NCBI GenBank assembly: GCA_963761995.1
Contig: CAVXIU010000003.1
Coordinates: 8,612-72,611, forward strand
Source of the DNA: an uncultured delta proteobacterium
Lineage (GTDB): Bacteria > Desulfobacterota > Binatia > UTPRO1
DNA: 64,000 bases
Reading direction: 5' to 3'
Part shown: piece after piece, positions 1-10,147 of the stretch
How the letters are laid out: each line of letters opens with the position of its first letter
Numbering within the stretch: the first letter of the stretch is position 1
Made by a program: the position numbers and the translations under genes
Notes under the pieces: generated by a model
Told to the model about the DNA's origin: nothing
Databases searched by the model: none
The model's input: the letters and a program-made list of their open reading frames with translations, nothing else

Positions 1-121
1 GGATCGTGTCCGTGAGGACGAACGTCCCGGCGATCATCGTCACGCCGAGGAGGACGGCGATGACGGTCAGGGAGGTGCGGAGCTTGCGCGCCGCGAGCCC
101 GCGGAGCGCCAGGCGTGTCAC
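1..121 (-). CDS. ABC transporter permease (FtsX-like), N-terminus, runs off window
   Basis: GTG at 121 reads MTRLALRGLAARKLRTSLTVIAVLLGVTMIAGTFVLTDTI; overlaps the stop of the ATPase gene. Confidence 0.8.
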   Translation of the reverse strand, partial: MTRLALRGLAARKLRTSLTVIAVLLGVTMIAGTFVLTDTI

Positions 122-843
122 GCCAGCGCCTTCATCTGGTCGAGGATCTGCTCGGCGTCGAGGTGCGGCTCGTCGGCCACGATGTGGCCGTCGTCGAGGA
201 AGATCACGCGGTCCGAGACCGAGGCCGCGGTCGCGTCGTGGGTGACCATCACCACCGCCTGGCCGAACTCGTCGACCGCGCGCCGCAGCAGCCCGAGGAT
301 CTCCGACGAGGTCGTCGAGTCGAGGTTGCCGGTCGGCTCGTCGGCGAAGATCACCGCCGGCTCCGAGGCGAGCGCGCGCGCCACCGCGACGCGCTGCTGC
401 TGGCCGCCGGAGAGCTCCGCGGGGCGGTGCGTGCGGCGATCGGCGAGCGCGACCGCGTCGAGCAGCTGCTCGACGCGCCCCTCGCCGTCGTTGCGGCCGG
501 CAAGGGTGAGCGGCAGCCGGATGTTCTCCTCGGCGGTGAGGACCGGGACGAGGTTGAAGGCCTGGAAGACGAAGCCGATCTTGTCGCGCCGCAGGCGCGT
601 GAGGTCACCGTCGTCGAGCTTGCCGATCTCGGTGCCGCCGATCGTGACGGTGCCGGCCGTCGGGCGGTCGAGCCCCGCGAGCACGTGCATGAGCGTCGAC
701 TTGCCGGACCCGGACGGGCCCATGATCGCGGTGAACGAGCCGGGCTGGATCTCGAGCGAAACTCCGCGGAGCGCGTCGACGGCGGCGTCACCCTCGCCGT
801 AGCGCTTGGTCAGGTCCTGTCCTGCGACGACGGGGTCGGCCAT
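118..843 (-). CDS. ABC transporter ATP-binding protein (LolD/MacB-like)
   Basis: Walker A GPSGSGKS, signature LSGGQQQR, Walker B region FADEPTGNLD; likely ATG at 843. Confidence 0.95.
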   Translation of the reverse strand: MADPVVAGQDLTKRYGEGDAAVDALRGVSLEIQPGSFTAIMGPSGSGKSTLMHVLAGLDRPTAGTVTIGGTEIGKLDDGDLTRLRRDKIGFVFQAFNLVPVLTAEENIRLPLTLAGRNDGEGRVEQLLDAVALADRRTHRPAELSGGQQQRVAVARALASEPAVIFADEPTGNLDSTTSSEILGLLRRAVDEFGQAVVMVTHDATAASVSDRVIFLDDGHIVADEPHLDAEQILDQMKALA

Positions 844-915
844 GCGGACAGGGTCGCAAACGGCCAGGCGTGCCCATGGTGTGGCTAACCCCACCATCTC
901 CCCTACGGGATCGCC

Positions 916-1800
916 CTACGCGAGGCGCTTCGCGAACCAGTGGTGGGCGAACGGCTCGTCGTTGAAGGCGGGGACCTCCTCGTAGCCGGCTGAGCGGTAG
1001 AGCGCGATCGCCTCGTGCAGCAGATTGCTGGTCTCGAGCCGCGCCGTGCGTGCGCCGGCGCGGGCGGCGCGCGCCTCGAGATCGGCGAGCAGCCGCCGCC
1101 CGAGCCCGAGCCCGCGCGCGGCCTCGGCGAGCCACATGCGCTTGATGTCGGTCGTCGCGTCGGCGGTGTGCTTGAGCGCGCCGCACCCGACCGGCTCGGC
1201 GCGCAGGTAGGCGACGACCATCTCGCCGTTGGGCGGGCGCAGCTCGTCCGGCTCGGCGGTCGAGCCGATCAGCGGGTCGAACGGCTCGCCCGAGCGGCGC
1301 TCGAGCTCGGCGAAGTACGAGCGCAGGCACTGGCGCGCGTCGGGGTGCTCGGGGTCGACCGGCACGATCTCGACCATCGCCGCGGTCAGGAGCCGCTCGA
1401 CGTCGCGCATCGCGCCGACCAGTCGCTCGCGCTGCCCGCCGGTCAGCGGCTCGAGCAGCGAGACGGCAAGCGCGTCGCTGCGGCGGTCGAGCTCCGCCAG
1501 CTCGGCGAGCCCGGCCGGCGTCAGGCGGGCGTCGCGCACCCGCCGGTCCTGCCCGCCCGCCGTCACCGTCACCATCCCGGCGCTCTCGAGCGTGCGCAGC
1601 AGGCGGCTGAGGTGGCCCGAGTCGAGGCCGAGCCGCGCGCGCAGCGCCCGCACCTCGCAGCCGCGCGCGCCGATCTCCCACAGCACCCGCGCCTCGCCGA
1701 GCGGGCGGTCGAGCGAGAGGAAGTGATCGTCCAGCGCACCGACGCGCTGCGTCACGGTGCGGTTGAAGCGGCGGACTTGCTCGACCTGCTCCGAGGCCAT
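916..1800 (-). CDS. MarR-HTH / GNAT acetyltransferase fusion
   Basis: N-terminal winged HTH (LGLDSGHLSRLL), C-terminal GNAT (IKRMW, RGLGLGRRLL, ALYRSAGY). Confidence 0.9.
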   Translation of the reverse strand: MASEQVEQVRRFNRTVTQRVGALDDHFLSLDRPLGEARVLWEIGARGCEVRALRARLGLDSGHLSRLLRTLESAGMVTVTAGGQDRRVRDARLTPAGLAELAELDRRSDALAVSLLEPLTGGQRERLVGAMRDVERLLTAAMVEIVPVDPEHPDARQCLRSYFAELERRSGEPFDPLIGSTAEPDELRPPNGEMVVAYLRAEPVGCGALKHTADATTDIKRMWLAEAARGLGLGRRLLADLEARAARAGARTARLETSNLLHEAIALYRSAGYEEVPAFNDEPFAHHWFAKRLA

Positions 1801-1803
1801 TAG

Positions 1804-1817
1804 CTGACTTTAGTCAG
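1804..1817. promoter_or_regulatory. Palindromic operator upstream of the MarR-GNAT gene
   Basis: CTGACT-TT-AGTCAG immediately upstream of the start codon. Confidence 0.5.
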
Positions 1818-1860
1818 GTATCGAGCCTGGATCAAGCGCGCGCTAGCCTTCCAGCGCGCT

Positions 1861-1933
1861 GGCGAGATAGCTCAGTTGGTAGAGCACACGACTGAAAATC
1901 GTGGTGTCCCCGGTTCGAGTCCGGGTCTCGCCA
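1861..1933 (+). tRNA. tRNA-Phe (GAA), CCA not encoded
   Basis: Acceptor stem GGCGAGA/TCTCGCC, D-arm AGCTCAGTTGGTAGAGC, anticodon loop CT-GAA-AA, T-arm GGTTCGAGTCC. Confidence 0.98.
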
Positions 1934-2123
1934 TCGCCCGCGAAGCCTGATAGCTACTGGATCTCGTTGTTTCCGGGGTGTTTGACGAAATCCGCCACTT
2001 GGGCCTGGGATGCGCCTGATTTGGGCCTGGCGGGCTGAAACGGCGGTAATCCGCGGTAACTCCTGGACACCCCGGAGTGGCGGGGCGACCACGCGTCCCC
2101 GTCGTGGTCGCCCGAGTTCGAGT
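1934..2123 (+). repeat. Conserved island left arm (second copy at 25936-26139)
   Basis: Highly similar to the sequence after att copy 2; contains TTGGGCCTGG twice, 22 bp apart. Confidence 0.9.
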
Positions 2124-2137
2124 TGCGTTGTGCCAGG

Positions 2138-2479
2138 GCGGGCAATCGAGCCTCACTGAGATGGTCGTCGCACAGTTCGTGGCCGAGCTCGCTCCCGCAA
2201 CGATCGACAAGGAGCGCCCCGGTGAAGCGCAGCCGGCACAGATGCTCGTCGTGCCGAGCAGGCGTGAGCGCCCCGCCGGTGAAGACTCCCGCTATCAAAG
2301 GAGCAGCGGGCAATCGAGCCTCACTGAGATGGTCGTCGCACAGTTCGTGGCCGAGCTCGCTCCCGCAACGATCGACAAGGAGCGCTCCGGCGAAGCGCAG
2401 CCGGCACAGATGCTCGTCGTCCCGAGCAGGCGTGAGCGCCCCGCCGGTGAAGACTCCCGCTATCAAAGGAGCAGCGGGC
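2138..2479 (+). repeat. 168-bp tandem duplication
   Basis: Units start at 2138 and 2306, about 3 mismatches, bounded by GCGGGC. Confidence 0.95.
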
Positions 2480-2836
2480 GTCTCGCTCCGCGTCTTTGCC
2501 GGCCGCTGCCCGTATTCGTCCAACTCAGCAGCGAGCGGGCCCGCCACGCGCTGCGTCAGGACTGCTCCTTTGCCAAGCAGCAGGACTCTCCCCCGGCGCT
2601 CCCGGTGGTCGTCTAACGGATAAGCCCGGTCCGCGCGAACGTGACGCTCGCTCCTCTCGTGATGCATACCCCTGCTCCGGCGGCCGTGCGAAGGCCGCCG
2701 CCTGTTGAGAAGCGACGCCTCGGTTTGCCCCTGAGCTCAGACGCGGATGCGCGGCTGCATCAGCGCCTTCTGGGCCTTCGCCCGCGCACAGGGCGTATTA
2801 GCATGATGCCCAGCAGGCAAAGGGAGATTGGCGAGC

Positions 2837-3667
2837 ATGCCTCCGGAAACCTCGATCGCGGAGCACTGGGCCGACCGGGACGTTTATGGTCTTATCGTTT
2901 CGGCGCTGGAGCGAGCGTCGAAGTCTCTGGACTCGTTGACCGTTGAGGAGCTGGCGCCGGTCGACCACTTCCACGCACGTGGGTTCCCGGCCACCATCGA
3001 CCTCGCGGATCGGCTGCCTGTCAAGCCCGGCGACCACCTGCTCGACATCGGCTGCGGGGTCGGTGGCCCGGCTCGCTACTTCGCGCAGCGCTTCGGGTGC
3101 AAGGTCAGCGGGATCGACATCACCGGGCCGTTCGTCGAGGCGGCGAACAAGCTGACCGCGCTGCTCGACATGGGCGACAGGGTCTTCATCGAGCAGGGGC
3201 ACGGCGAGCGGCTGCCCTACGACGACGACTCCTTCGACGGCGCCTATGCGCAGCACGTGACCATGAACGTCGCCGACCGTCCGCGCTTCTTCGGCGAGGC
3301 GTGGCGCGTTCTGAAGCCCGGCGGGTTCTTCGCGCTCACCGAGCACGGCCTCGGCCCCGTGGGAAGCCCGCACCATCCCGTGCCCTGGTCGGAGGACGGC
3401 ACCGGCGAGTTCCTCGTCACGCCGTCGGAGACCCGCGAGCTCCTCGCCGCCGCCAGGTTCGTGAACATCGAGTGCGAGGACACCGGGCCGAAGTACCTGG
3501 CCGCGTACCGGGCCGCGCTGGAGCTCGCCGGCCGGGGTGAGCTGCCGCCGCTCGGCCTGCACGTGCTGATCGGCCCGACGGCGCCCGAGAAGATGCGCAA
3601 TTCGGCCCGCAACATCAAGGAAGGGCGCACGCATCCCGTGCAGATAGTGTGCGGTAAGCCGTCCTGA
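2837..3667 (+). CDS. Class I SAM-dependent methyltransferase
   Basis: LLDIGCGVGG motif I, LPYDDDSFD, RVLKPGG. Confidence 0.9.
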   Translation: MPPETSIAEHWADRDVYGLIVSALERASKSLDSLTVEELAPVDHFHARGFPATIDLADRLPVKPGDHLLDIGCGVGGPARYFAQRFGCKVSGIDITGPFVEAANKLTALLDMGDRVFIEQGHGERLPYDDDSFDGAYAQHVTMNVADRPRFFGEAWRVLKPGGFFALTEHGLGPVGSPHHPVPWSEDGTGEFLVTPSETRELLAAARFVNIECEDTGPKYLAAYRAALELAGRGELPPLGLHVLIGPTAPEKMRNSARNIKEGRTHPVQIVCGKPS

Positions 3668-3974
3668 GCTGACTGGCGGATTGACCGCGTGCCGCCAGCC
3701 GGTCGTCGGCTAATGGCGACGCCTCCTTCGGCCGCAGAGCACTCGTCCTGAGCGAGGCTTCCCTCGCTCGTGAATTGGACGACGACCAGGCGTCCGCCGG
3801 GGCGCGATCGGCCCCACCGCGCTCCTGCATCCGTGGAAAGCAACAGCCACGCTCCCGCTATCACGTTCCATGCAACTCAGGCGCGCCGGCGGTCGTCGTC
3901 CGTACCCCCAGCGCGCTCCTCCTTTCGTGCACGCAAGCGAGCGTCGCCGAGTTCACGCGTCAGACGCTCGCCCC

Positions 3975-4076
3975 GGACGAGCCGCGAGCGTCTCGGGCGG
4001 CTATTGACCCACGCCTGCTCTCGTCGACGATTGCGAAAGCGCGCAGCTTGTTGGGCATCACGACCGGAGCTCGTCC
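3975..4076 (+). repeat. 102-bp repeat with GGACGAGC...GCTCGTCC inverted ends (copy 1)
   Basis: 99/102 identical to 55631-55732. Confidence 0.9.
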
Positions 4077-4177
4077 TGAGCGGGCGCGTGCCGGAGTGCA
4101 GCGTTGATGCTCGCTTTGCGCGCGAGGCAGGAGGCTGGCGCTCGCCGGATCCTCGCCGTCGCCTGGGTCGGCGCCGC

Positions 4178-5737
4178 TTACCGCCGGCGCCGACCCAGGC
4201 GGCGGGCCCAGTCGCGTGCAAGCAGGAAGCGGGTGAGGCGCAGGGCCAGCTTGCCCTTGCGGGCGGAGTAGGGGTACCAGAGCAGCTCGGACCTGGGGGC
4301 CAGCCGGGTCGCGGTTATCGCCTGCGGGCGGCAGAACTTGCGGATCCCGTCTGCGCCGCCGAGCCGCGCGCCGACGCCGGACTCCTTCCAGCCGCCCTGA
4401 GGAATGGGAAACGTGACGACGTTGGCGAACATGTCGTTGACGTTCACCGCGCCGACCTCCAGGCGCCGCGCGATCTGCTCACCGCGGGCGCGGTCCTGGG
4501 TCCAGACGCTGGCCGACAGGCCGTAGCTCGAGTCGTTCGCGAGCCGGATCGCCTCGTCGACGTTCTGGACCTTCATCAGCGGCAGCGTCGGGCCGAAGGT
4601 CTCCTCTCGCATGCAGCTCATCGACTGGTCGACGTCCACGAGCACCGTCGGCTCGAAGAACGCTCCCGACACGTCCGCGCGCTTGCCGCCGACGAGCGCG
4701 TGGGCGCCGTTGGCCAGCGCCTCGGACACGTGCCGCTCGACGATGACCAGCTGGGCCTCGCTGGAGAGCGCGCCGACATCGGCGTCGAAGCGCTTGCCGT
4801 CGGCGCGTTGGCGCAGGCCGCGCACGCGCCCGGCTACCAGCTCGACGAACTCGTCGTAGACGGGCTCCTCGACGTAGACGCGCTCAACGGAGGTACATGC
4901 CTGGCCGCTGTTAAACATGCCGCCCCAGACCGCGGCGTTCGCCGCCCGTTCGAGATCGGCGTCGATGAGCACGATCATCGCGTCCTTGCCGCCGAGCTCG
5001 AGGCTGTATGGGATCAGCCGTTCGGCGGCGCGCTGGGCGATCTTCCTGCCCGTGCGTGTTGAGCCGGTGAACTGGATGAAGTCGGCCTCATCAACCAGCG
5101 CGGCGCCGGTCGCCCCCGCACCGGTCAAGCACTCGAGCACTCCCGGAGCACCCACGTCCTCGCGCCAACCGCGAACGATCTCGCGCGTGGCCAGCGGCGT
5201 GAGCTCAGACGGCTTGATCGCGACCGCCGCGCCGGCCAACAGCGCCGGCAGCGCATCGACCAATGCGCACAGAACAGGGAAGTTGAACGGGCAGATGACG
5301 CCCACGACCGGATACGGCCGGTAGGCGATCGTAAGCCTCTTGCTCGCGGTCAGTAGACCGTGCGGTCGCGGATGCGAGTCGGCCAGGAACCGCGCGGTAT
5401 GCCTTCGGTAGTACTCGAGCAAGTCGATCGCGAGGGGAACCTCAAAGGCCGCCTCCTGCCCCGGCTTTCCCGTCTCTCGCTGCAGCAGCTCGGCGAGCTG
5501 CTCATCGTGGTCGAACAGCCAGTCACGCAGGCGCCCGACCCATTTGCCGCGGCCGGCCGGTCCGAGCGCCTCCCACGCCGGCTGGTCGCGCCGCAACCGC
5601 GCGAGCGCGGCGCGCACCTCCTCGGCGCCCTGATCAGGCAACGACGCGACCATCGAGCCATCCGCCGGCGACCTCACCTCGAAACTCGGGCCAGCATGGA
5701 CGCCGTTCCCCGACGGAGGCACAGAAATCACCTTCAC
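4178..5737 (-). CDS. Aldehyde dehydrogenase (start uncertain)
   Basis: PFNFP, FTGST, LELGGKD, catalytic GQAC, EETFGP. Confidence 0.9.
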   Translation of the reverse strand: MKVISVPPSGNGVHAGPSFEVRSPADGSMVASLPDQGAEEVRAALARLRRDQPAWEALGPAGRGKWVGRLRDWLFDHDEQLAELLQRETGKPGQEAAFEVPLAIDLLEYYRRHTARFLADSHPRPHGLLTASKRLTIAYRPYPVVGVICPFNFPVLCALVDALPALLAGAAVAIKPSELTPLATREIVRGWREDVGAPGVLECLTGAGATGAALVDEADFIQFTGSTRTGRKIAQRAAERLIPYSLELGGKDAMIVLIDADLERAANAAVWGGMFNSGQACTSVERVYVEEPVYDEFVELVAGRVRGLRQRADGKRFDADVGALSSEAQLVIVERHVSEALANGAHALVGGKRADVSGAFFEPTVLVDVDQSMSCMREETFGPTLPLMKVQNVDEAIRLANDSSYGLSASVWTQDRARGEQIARRLEVGAVNVNDMFANVVTFPIPQGGWKESGVGARLGGADGIRKFCRPQAITATRLAPRSELLWYPYSARKGKLALRLTRFLLARDWARRLGRRRR

Positions 5738-5777
5738 GCCCGCAGCCGCCGTCGTCTCGGGGTCGCTCGCGCGCCCA

Positions 5778-6413
5778 TCAGTTGCCAATGGTTCCACAAC
5801 GCGATCTGCAAACGTGGCGATGCACTGGTCGCTCCTCCTCATTGTCCGAAGAGCCATGCTTCCCGCGGTCGCCGGACTCACCGTTGGTGACGTCGACGAG
5901 GGGTCGCATCCGTTTATCGGTCGCTCGCCCGGGAATGCTCGTCTCCTGAGCGCCGGCGGCGCGATGGCCTTCGCGGAATCGCAGCTGGAGGTTGGCCATC
6001 GTCTCGTGCAGCGTGCGCTCGATCGCGCGGCGCAGCAAGAGCTTGTCGAAGAGGCTTCGCCAGCCGGGTCGCGGCTGGTACTCGACCGCGATGCGGTACG
6101 TGAGCTCGTCGTCGGTCTGGTCGAAGTGGCGCCAGTGGCGCGCGGCGGGCAGGCCGCGCTGCTCGCTGGTGTACTCGACCAGCCGGTACGGCTCGATTCG
6201 GACAAGCTCCATCTCGAGTTCCACCTCGCGGCCAAGCATGCGGAGGACGAGACCGGCTCGGTCGCCGGGCTCGCGCCAGCGCGTGGCAAGGGTGATCCGC
6301 ACCAGACGCGGCCAGTACTCGGGCCAGTTGGCGGGATCGGTGATGTAGTCGAACCCGTCGTGGACGGAGACGGGGAGACGCTGCGCAATCTCGACGTGTA
6401 CCGGGGCGGTCAT
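5778..6413 (-). CDS. SRPBCC/polyketide cyclase family protein
   Basis: MTAPVHVE...FDYITDPANWPEYW, typical of SRPBCC; the C-terminal tail may be a read-through extension. Confidence 0.7.
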   Translation of the reverse strand: MTAPVHVEIAQRLPVSVHDGFDYITDPANWPEYWPRLVRITLATRWREPGDRAGLVLRMLGREVELEMELVRIEPYRLVEYTSEQRGLPAARHWRHFDQTDDELTYRIAVEYQPRPGWRSLFDKLLLRRAIERTLHETMANLQLRFREGHRAAGAQETSIPGRATDKRMRPLVDVTNGESGDRGKHGSSDNEEERPVHRHVCRSRCGTIGN

Positions 6414-6432
6414 GGGAGCGAGTTGGCGGCGC

Positions 6433-7533
6433 TCAGCGGACGGTGACGAGGATGCGTTGGACGATGTTGTTTCCCATCCCCTGGTAGTTCCACGGTGCAT
6501 CGAGCGGTTGCACGTTGCCGGCAGCGTCGGTCGCGCGGCAGGCGAGTTCGTGCTCGCCCGTGGTGGCGTCCCAGTCGAACGTCCAGCCGCGCCAGGCGAA
6601 TTCGCCGACGGGCGTTGCGAGCGTCGCGTCTGTCCACTCGCCATCCACGGCGAGCTCCACCCGCTCGACCTGCCCGTTGCCCGACCACGCGCGGCCGGAG
6701 AGCGTCACGAGACCAGGTTCGACGAACCGGCGGCGGGAGAAGAAGTCCGGGATCCCGGGCGGGATAATGAGCGCCCGGGCCCGGATCCGCGAAACGGGGT
6801 CGCCGGGATCGTCGGCGTCGCGCTGGTAGCGATAGGCGACGGCCTGCTGGAAGCCGTCGAACGCTTCCGATACCACCTCGATCGACGTCAGCCACTTCAC
6901 GCTCGTCATCCCGTACCAGCCCGGGACGATGAGACGGAGCGGGAAGCCGTGCTGTGGCTCGAGCGCACGTCCGTTCATCTCATACGCGAGCAGGACCTCG
7001 GGGCGGGTCGCGTCGGACACGGAGAGGCTGCGGGCATAGCTCTGCTCCTGCTCGCCCTGTATCCCGCGGTCCGCAGCCCGGAAGACGACTTCGACCGCGT
7101 CTGCCGCCAGACCGGCGTCTTCCAGCAACGCGCGAAGCGGCGTGCCGGTCCACTCCGCCGTCCCGATCGCCTCGCCGAGCCACGGCAGGCTCACCGGGCG
7201 AGGGGTCAGCCAGCCTCGCCCGTTGCCGGCGCACTCCAGCGTGACCGGGAGCGTGCGACGCGGTCGAGCGCGAATCGACTCCAGCGTCAGCTCAAGCGGC
7301 CGGCGAACACTGCCGCCGACGGTCAGCCGCCAGCTTGCGGGATCGGCGAGTGGGATATCCCAGTGCGCGACGAGGTAGTGAAGTCCGGTGGGCGTCAGGT
7401 CCTGCCGCATGGCCTCGAGCGGCATCCCGCGGTTGCGGAACGCAAGCTGGAGCTCTTCGGGCAGCAGCGGACCGTCCGTCGGCTCGAGCGAGTGCGCGGC
7501 TCCGAGGACCTCGGCCGGCGTCTCGGGTTGCAT
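6433..7533 (-). CDS. Sulfite oxidase-like molybdopterin oxidoreductase
   Basis: Mo-ligand LECAGN, HGFPLRLIVPGWYGMTSVKWL, C-terminal dimerisation domain (CRATD). Confidence 0.92.
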   Translation of the reverse strand: MQPETPAEVLGAAHSLEPTDGPLLPEELQLAFRNRGMPLEAMRQDLTPTGLHYLVAHWDIPLADPASWRLTVGGSVRRPLELTLESIRARPRRTLPVTLECAGNGRGWLTPRPVSLPWLGEAIGTAEWTGTPLRALLEDAGLAADAVEVVFRAADRGIQGEQEQSYARSLSVSDATRPEVLLAYEMNGRALEPQHGFPLRLIVPGWYGMTSVKWLTSIEVVSEAFDGFQQAVAYRYQRDADDPGDPVSRIRARALIIPPGIPDFFSRRRFVEPGLVTLSGRAWSGNGQVERVELAVDGEWTDATLATPVGEFAWRGWTFDWDATTGEHELACRATDAAGNVQPLDAPWNYQGMGNNIVQRILVTVR

Positions 7534-7573
7534 GTCAAGAGTCTCTCAACAGCACGCTGGGCTGTCAGCGACC

Positions 7574-8326
7574 TTAGTTCCACCGGACGGGAACATTGGT
7601 TCCAGCCGCACCGGCATAGGCCTCCTCAAGCAACCGCTCGGGGTCGAGGAGCACGATCCCGTGGCGCCGCGTCTCGAGCAGTCCCGCCTGACGGAGCTCC
7701 CGCAGCGCTCGAACTACGACCTCGCGCACGGTGCCGACGGCATCGGCAAGATCCTGCTGGCCGACCGCGGCCACGAGCTCCGGGCCGGTCTGGCTCTCGG
7801 ACGCGAGATCGAGAAGGTGGCGGGCGACTCGCTGCCGGACGGTCGCGAACGTACTGCCCGGTATCTCCGTGATGAACGACAGCACCCGCTCGCTCAGCTC
7901 GTCGAGTAGAGCACGCGCAACGCGCGCATCGCGCTCGGCGGCGCGCTGCACCACCGATGGGCGGAAGGCGAGCAGTTCGGCGTCGGTTAGCGCCTGGATC
8001 GTCGCGGGCAGCGAGAACGGGGACGCGAACAGCGACACCACCCCGATGAGCGCACCCGGCCGGCAGTAGCGGACGGTCATCGTCCGCCCGTCGGGCGCCG
8101 TCACGTACACCCGGATGAGACCCGACACCACGACCTCGAGGTGGGCCGACGTGTCGCCCTCCCGGTGGAACGTCGAGCCGGCCGGCACACGCAACCGCGA
8201 CGCCTCGCCCGTGATCCCGCCGAGCGCCTCGGGCGACAGCGACCGCAGATGGGAAAGCTCGATCGCGGCGCGCGCGTCCTCGTCGAGCCGGGCCCCGCCG
8301 GGTTGCAAGCCACGCCCTGGCGCCAT
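7574..8326 (-). CDS. Crp/Fnr family transcriptional regulator
   Basis: cNMP-binding fold and HTH QQDLADAVGTVREVVVRAL; start uncertain. Confidence 0.85.
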   Translation of the reverse strand: MAPGRGLQPGGARLDEDARAAIELSHLRSLSPEALGGITGEASRLRVPAGSTFHREGDTSAHLEVVVSGLIRVYVTAPDGRTMTVRYCRPGALIGVVSLFASPFSLPATIQALTDAELLAFRPSVVQRAAERDARVARALLDELSERVLSFITEIPGSTFATVRQRVARHLLDLASESQTGPELVAAVGQQDLADAVGTVREVVVRALRELRQAGLLETRRHGIVLLDPERLLEEAYAGAAGTNVPVRWN

Positions 8327-9057
8327 GCCCCGAAGGCTAAATGCCAACCACCGCGAGGTGCATGCCCCGGCGAGCGACGCGCCGGTGCCTCCGACGCGTC
8401 GCGGGCACCGCCCGCGCACACCCCGCCGCACCAGCCCCACCGTGTGCTCCAAGGCGCCCAGCCCCGCTGCGCCAGGCTCCGCGCATTGCGGAAGCACGTT
8501 GGCGGGCCGTGCTCCTGCACCGCCAGTCGCCCGATCACCTCCGGAACGACAAGCTCGCCCCCACCGCGTTCCCGCTTCGCGCGCTGAGCGAGCATCACCG
8601 CTCGCGCACCAGCCGTGGTTCGAGAACAGGAGCAGGCGTCTCGTTCGGCACCATCGAGACGACCCCTCCGGACGACCTGCGAATGCCCGGTCCGACCGCC
8701 GCGTCACGCTCGCATTCGCCCGCGAAGCGACAGCGAAGCGCCGGGAGCTGGAGACCCTCGGAGCTCGTCCAGAGCGGGCGTCGGCCGAACGCTGTCTGAG
8801 ACGCCCGCTTGTCAAGGAGCAGCGGGCGTCTTCACCGGCGCGGAGCCGAGGTGGGCGCCGAGATTCCAGATCGATCGGGGTGGGCCTCGCGCCGTTGTTG
8901 TCGAAGGCGGTGAGCGGTAGCGGTCGGAGAGCCCGTCGAGCTCAAGCTGCCAGGTCGCGGCGGGATCGCTCAGCCCGGCGATGGCAGGACGTCGCGCCCG
9001 TGGCCACGACGCTCGACCCACAGGTCGGTCCGTTGGCTCTGAATGTGCTCGCCCACG

Positions 9058-9250
9058 TCATCTCCTCTGCAGGAAGTTCAGCACCGCGGCTGTGAAGAGC
9101 CCGCGGCCCGTGTCCATCGCCGCGTGTCGCTGGCCGGGCTTGACAACGACCCGGCAAGTCAGGGAGCGACACCGCAGCGCCTCGCCGGACGCCTTGAACG
9201 GGTCAGGGCTGTCGCCGCCTGCGAGTAGCAGCGTCGGTACGTAGAGTTTC
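9058..9250 (-). pseudogene. C-terminal fragment of an alpha/beta hydrolase
   Basis: VPTLLLAGGDSP...GQRHAAMDTG..LF...VLNFL with no N-terminal part. Confidence 0.6.
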
Positions 9251-9550
9251 TGGAAGCGTCTGGGTTGAAGGCGTGGTCGCGGGTCGCTCGCTCTTCGCGG
9301 GGGATCGTGTGGGCGGCGGCGACGCGGAAATCCGGGCCCGGACCGTGGCCCGTCGCCGAACCTCAGGCCCCGGGGATGCGGAGCACTGGACTGACTGGCC
9401 GTCGCTGCCCCGGAAGAGCGGGGACCCACGGCGCTCGTCGTCCTGGCCTTGTCGCCCCAGCGCCGTTGACCTGCTGGAGCGTTGTCCGTGCGAGTCTCCT
9501 GGGGCTCAACCCGGCTGGAGTGCCCGGCGAGGTACCCTCGCCGCACCGGA

Positions 9551-10147
9551 TCAGTGTCGAAGGGCACGCACGCCTGCGGGAAGCGCATCCGGAGGACGAA
9601 CCGGAGGCGGGCGAGCGCGTACTCGTAGCCGGCGCCGCTGAGGTTCGTGCCGGCGACGAAAACGATGGCGTTGGCGGAGGAGACCGAGTCGCTGAGCACG
9701 GCCGCGCCGAACGCGCCGGCGTAGCAGGGAGCCTCCTTGGCCAACTCGAGGCCCAGATAGCCGGCCGCCGAGGCGATCCGGCGGTCTCGGACGCTGGTGT
9801 GCCTGCGTCGCGTCAGGTCGTGGGCCGCCTTCGACAGCGCGTTTGTGCTCATCCCCGTCTGTGCGAGCAGCGACCAGGTAGCGCGCAGGTTCGCTCGCAG
9901 CCCCACACTCCACGCCGCGTAAGTGGCGGTGAGGGAACACGAGCGCGTGCCAAGAGCCCACTCCGCCGAGCGCGCCCGAGGCGACCAGCAGAACACCTGC
10001 GGCGGTCGCGACCCCATCCAGCGCGTAGGTCGAGACGGCGGTGGCGGTGACGGTGGCCGCCCAAGAGCTGAGCAGCCGGCGGCGACCTGCGGGGACCACG
10101 GGCTCCGGTGCATTTACGGTCACGTCCTGCGTATCGAGGACGCTCAT
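9551..10147 (-). pseudogene. Frameshifted membrane protein
   Basis: Hydrophobic segments continue across two frames, shift near 9935. Confidence 0.55.

Noticed and set aside
1832-2708. ORFs over the tRNA, left arm and 168-bp duplication (also the MARPGLEPGTPRFS ORFs at other att sites)
   Set aside because: Antisense translations of tRNA and arm DNA; no protein motifs.
4178-6388. 736-aa ALDH fusion (likewise the 733-aa P450 and 804-aa desaturase ORFs)
   Set aside because: The N-terminal extensions are alternative frames of upstream genes.
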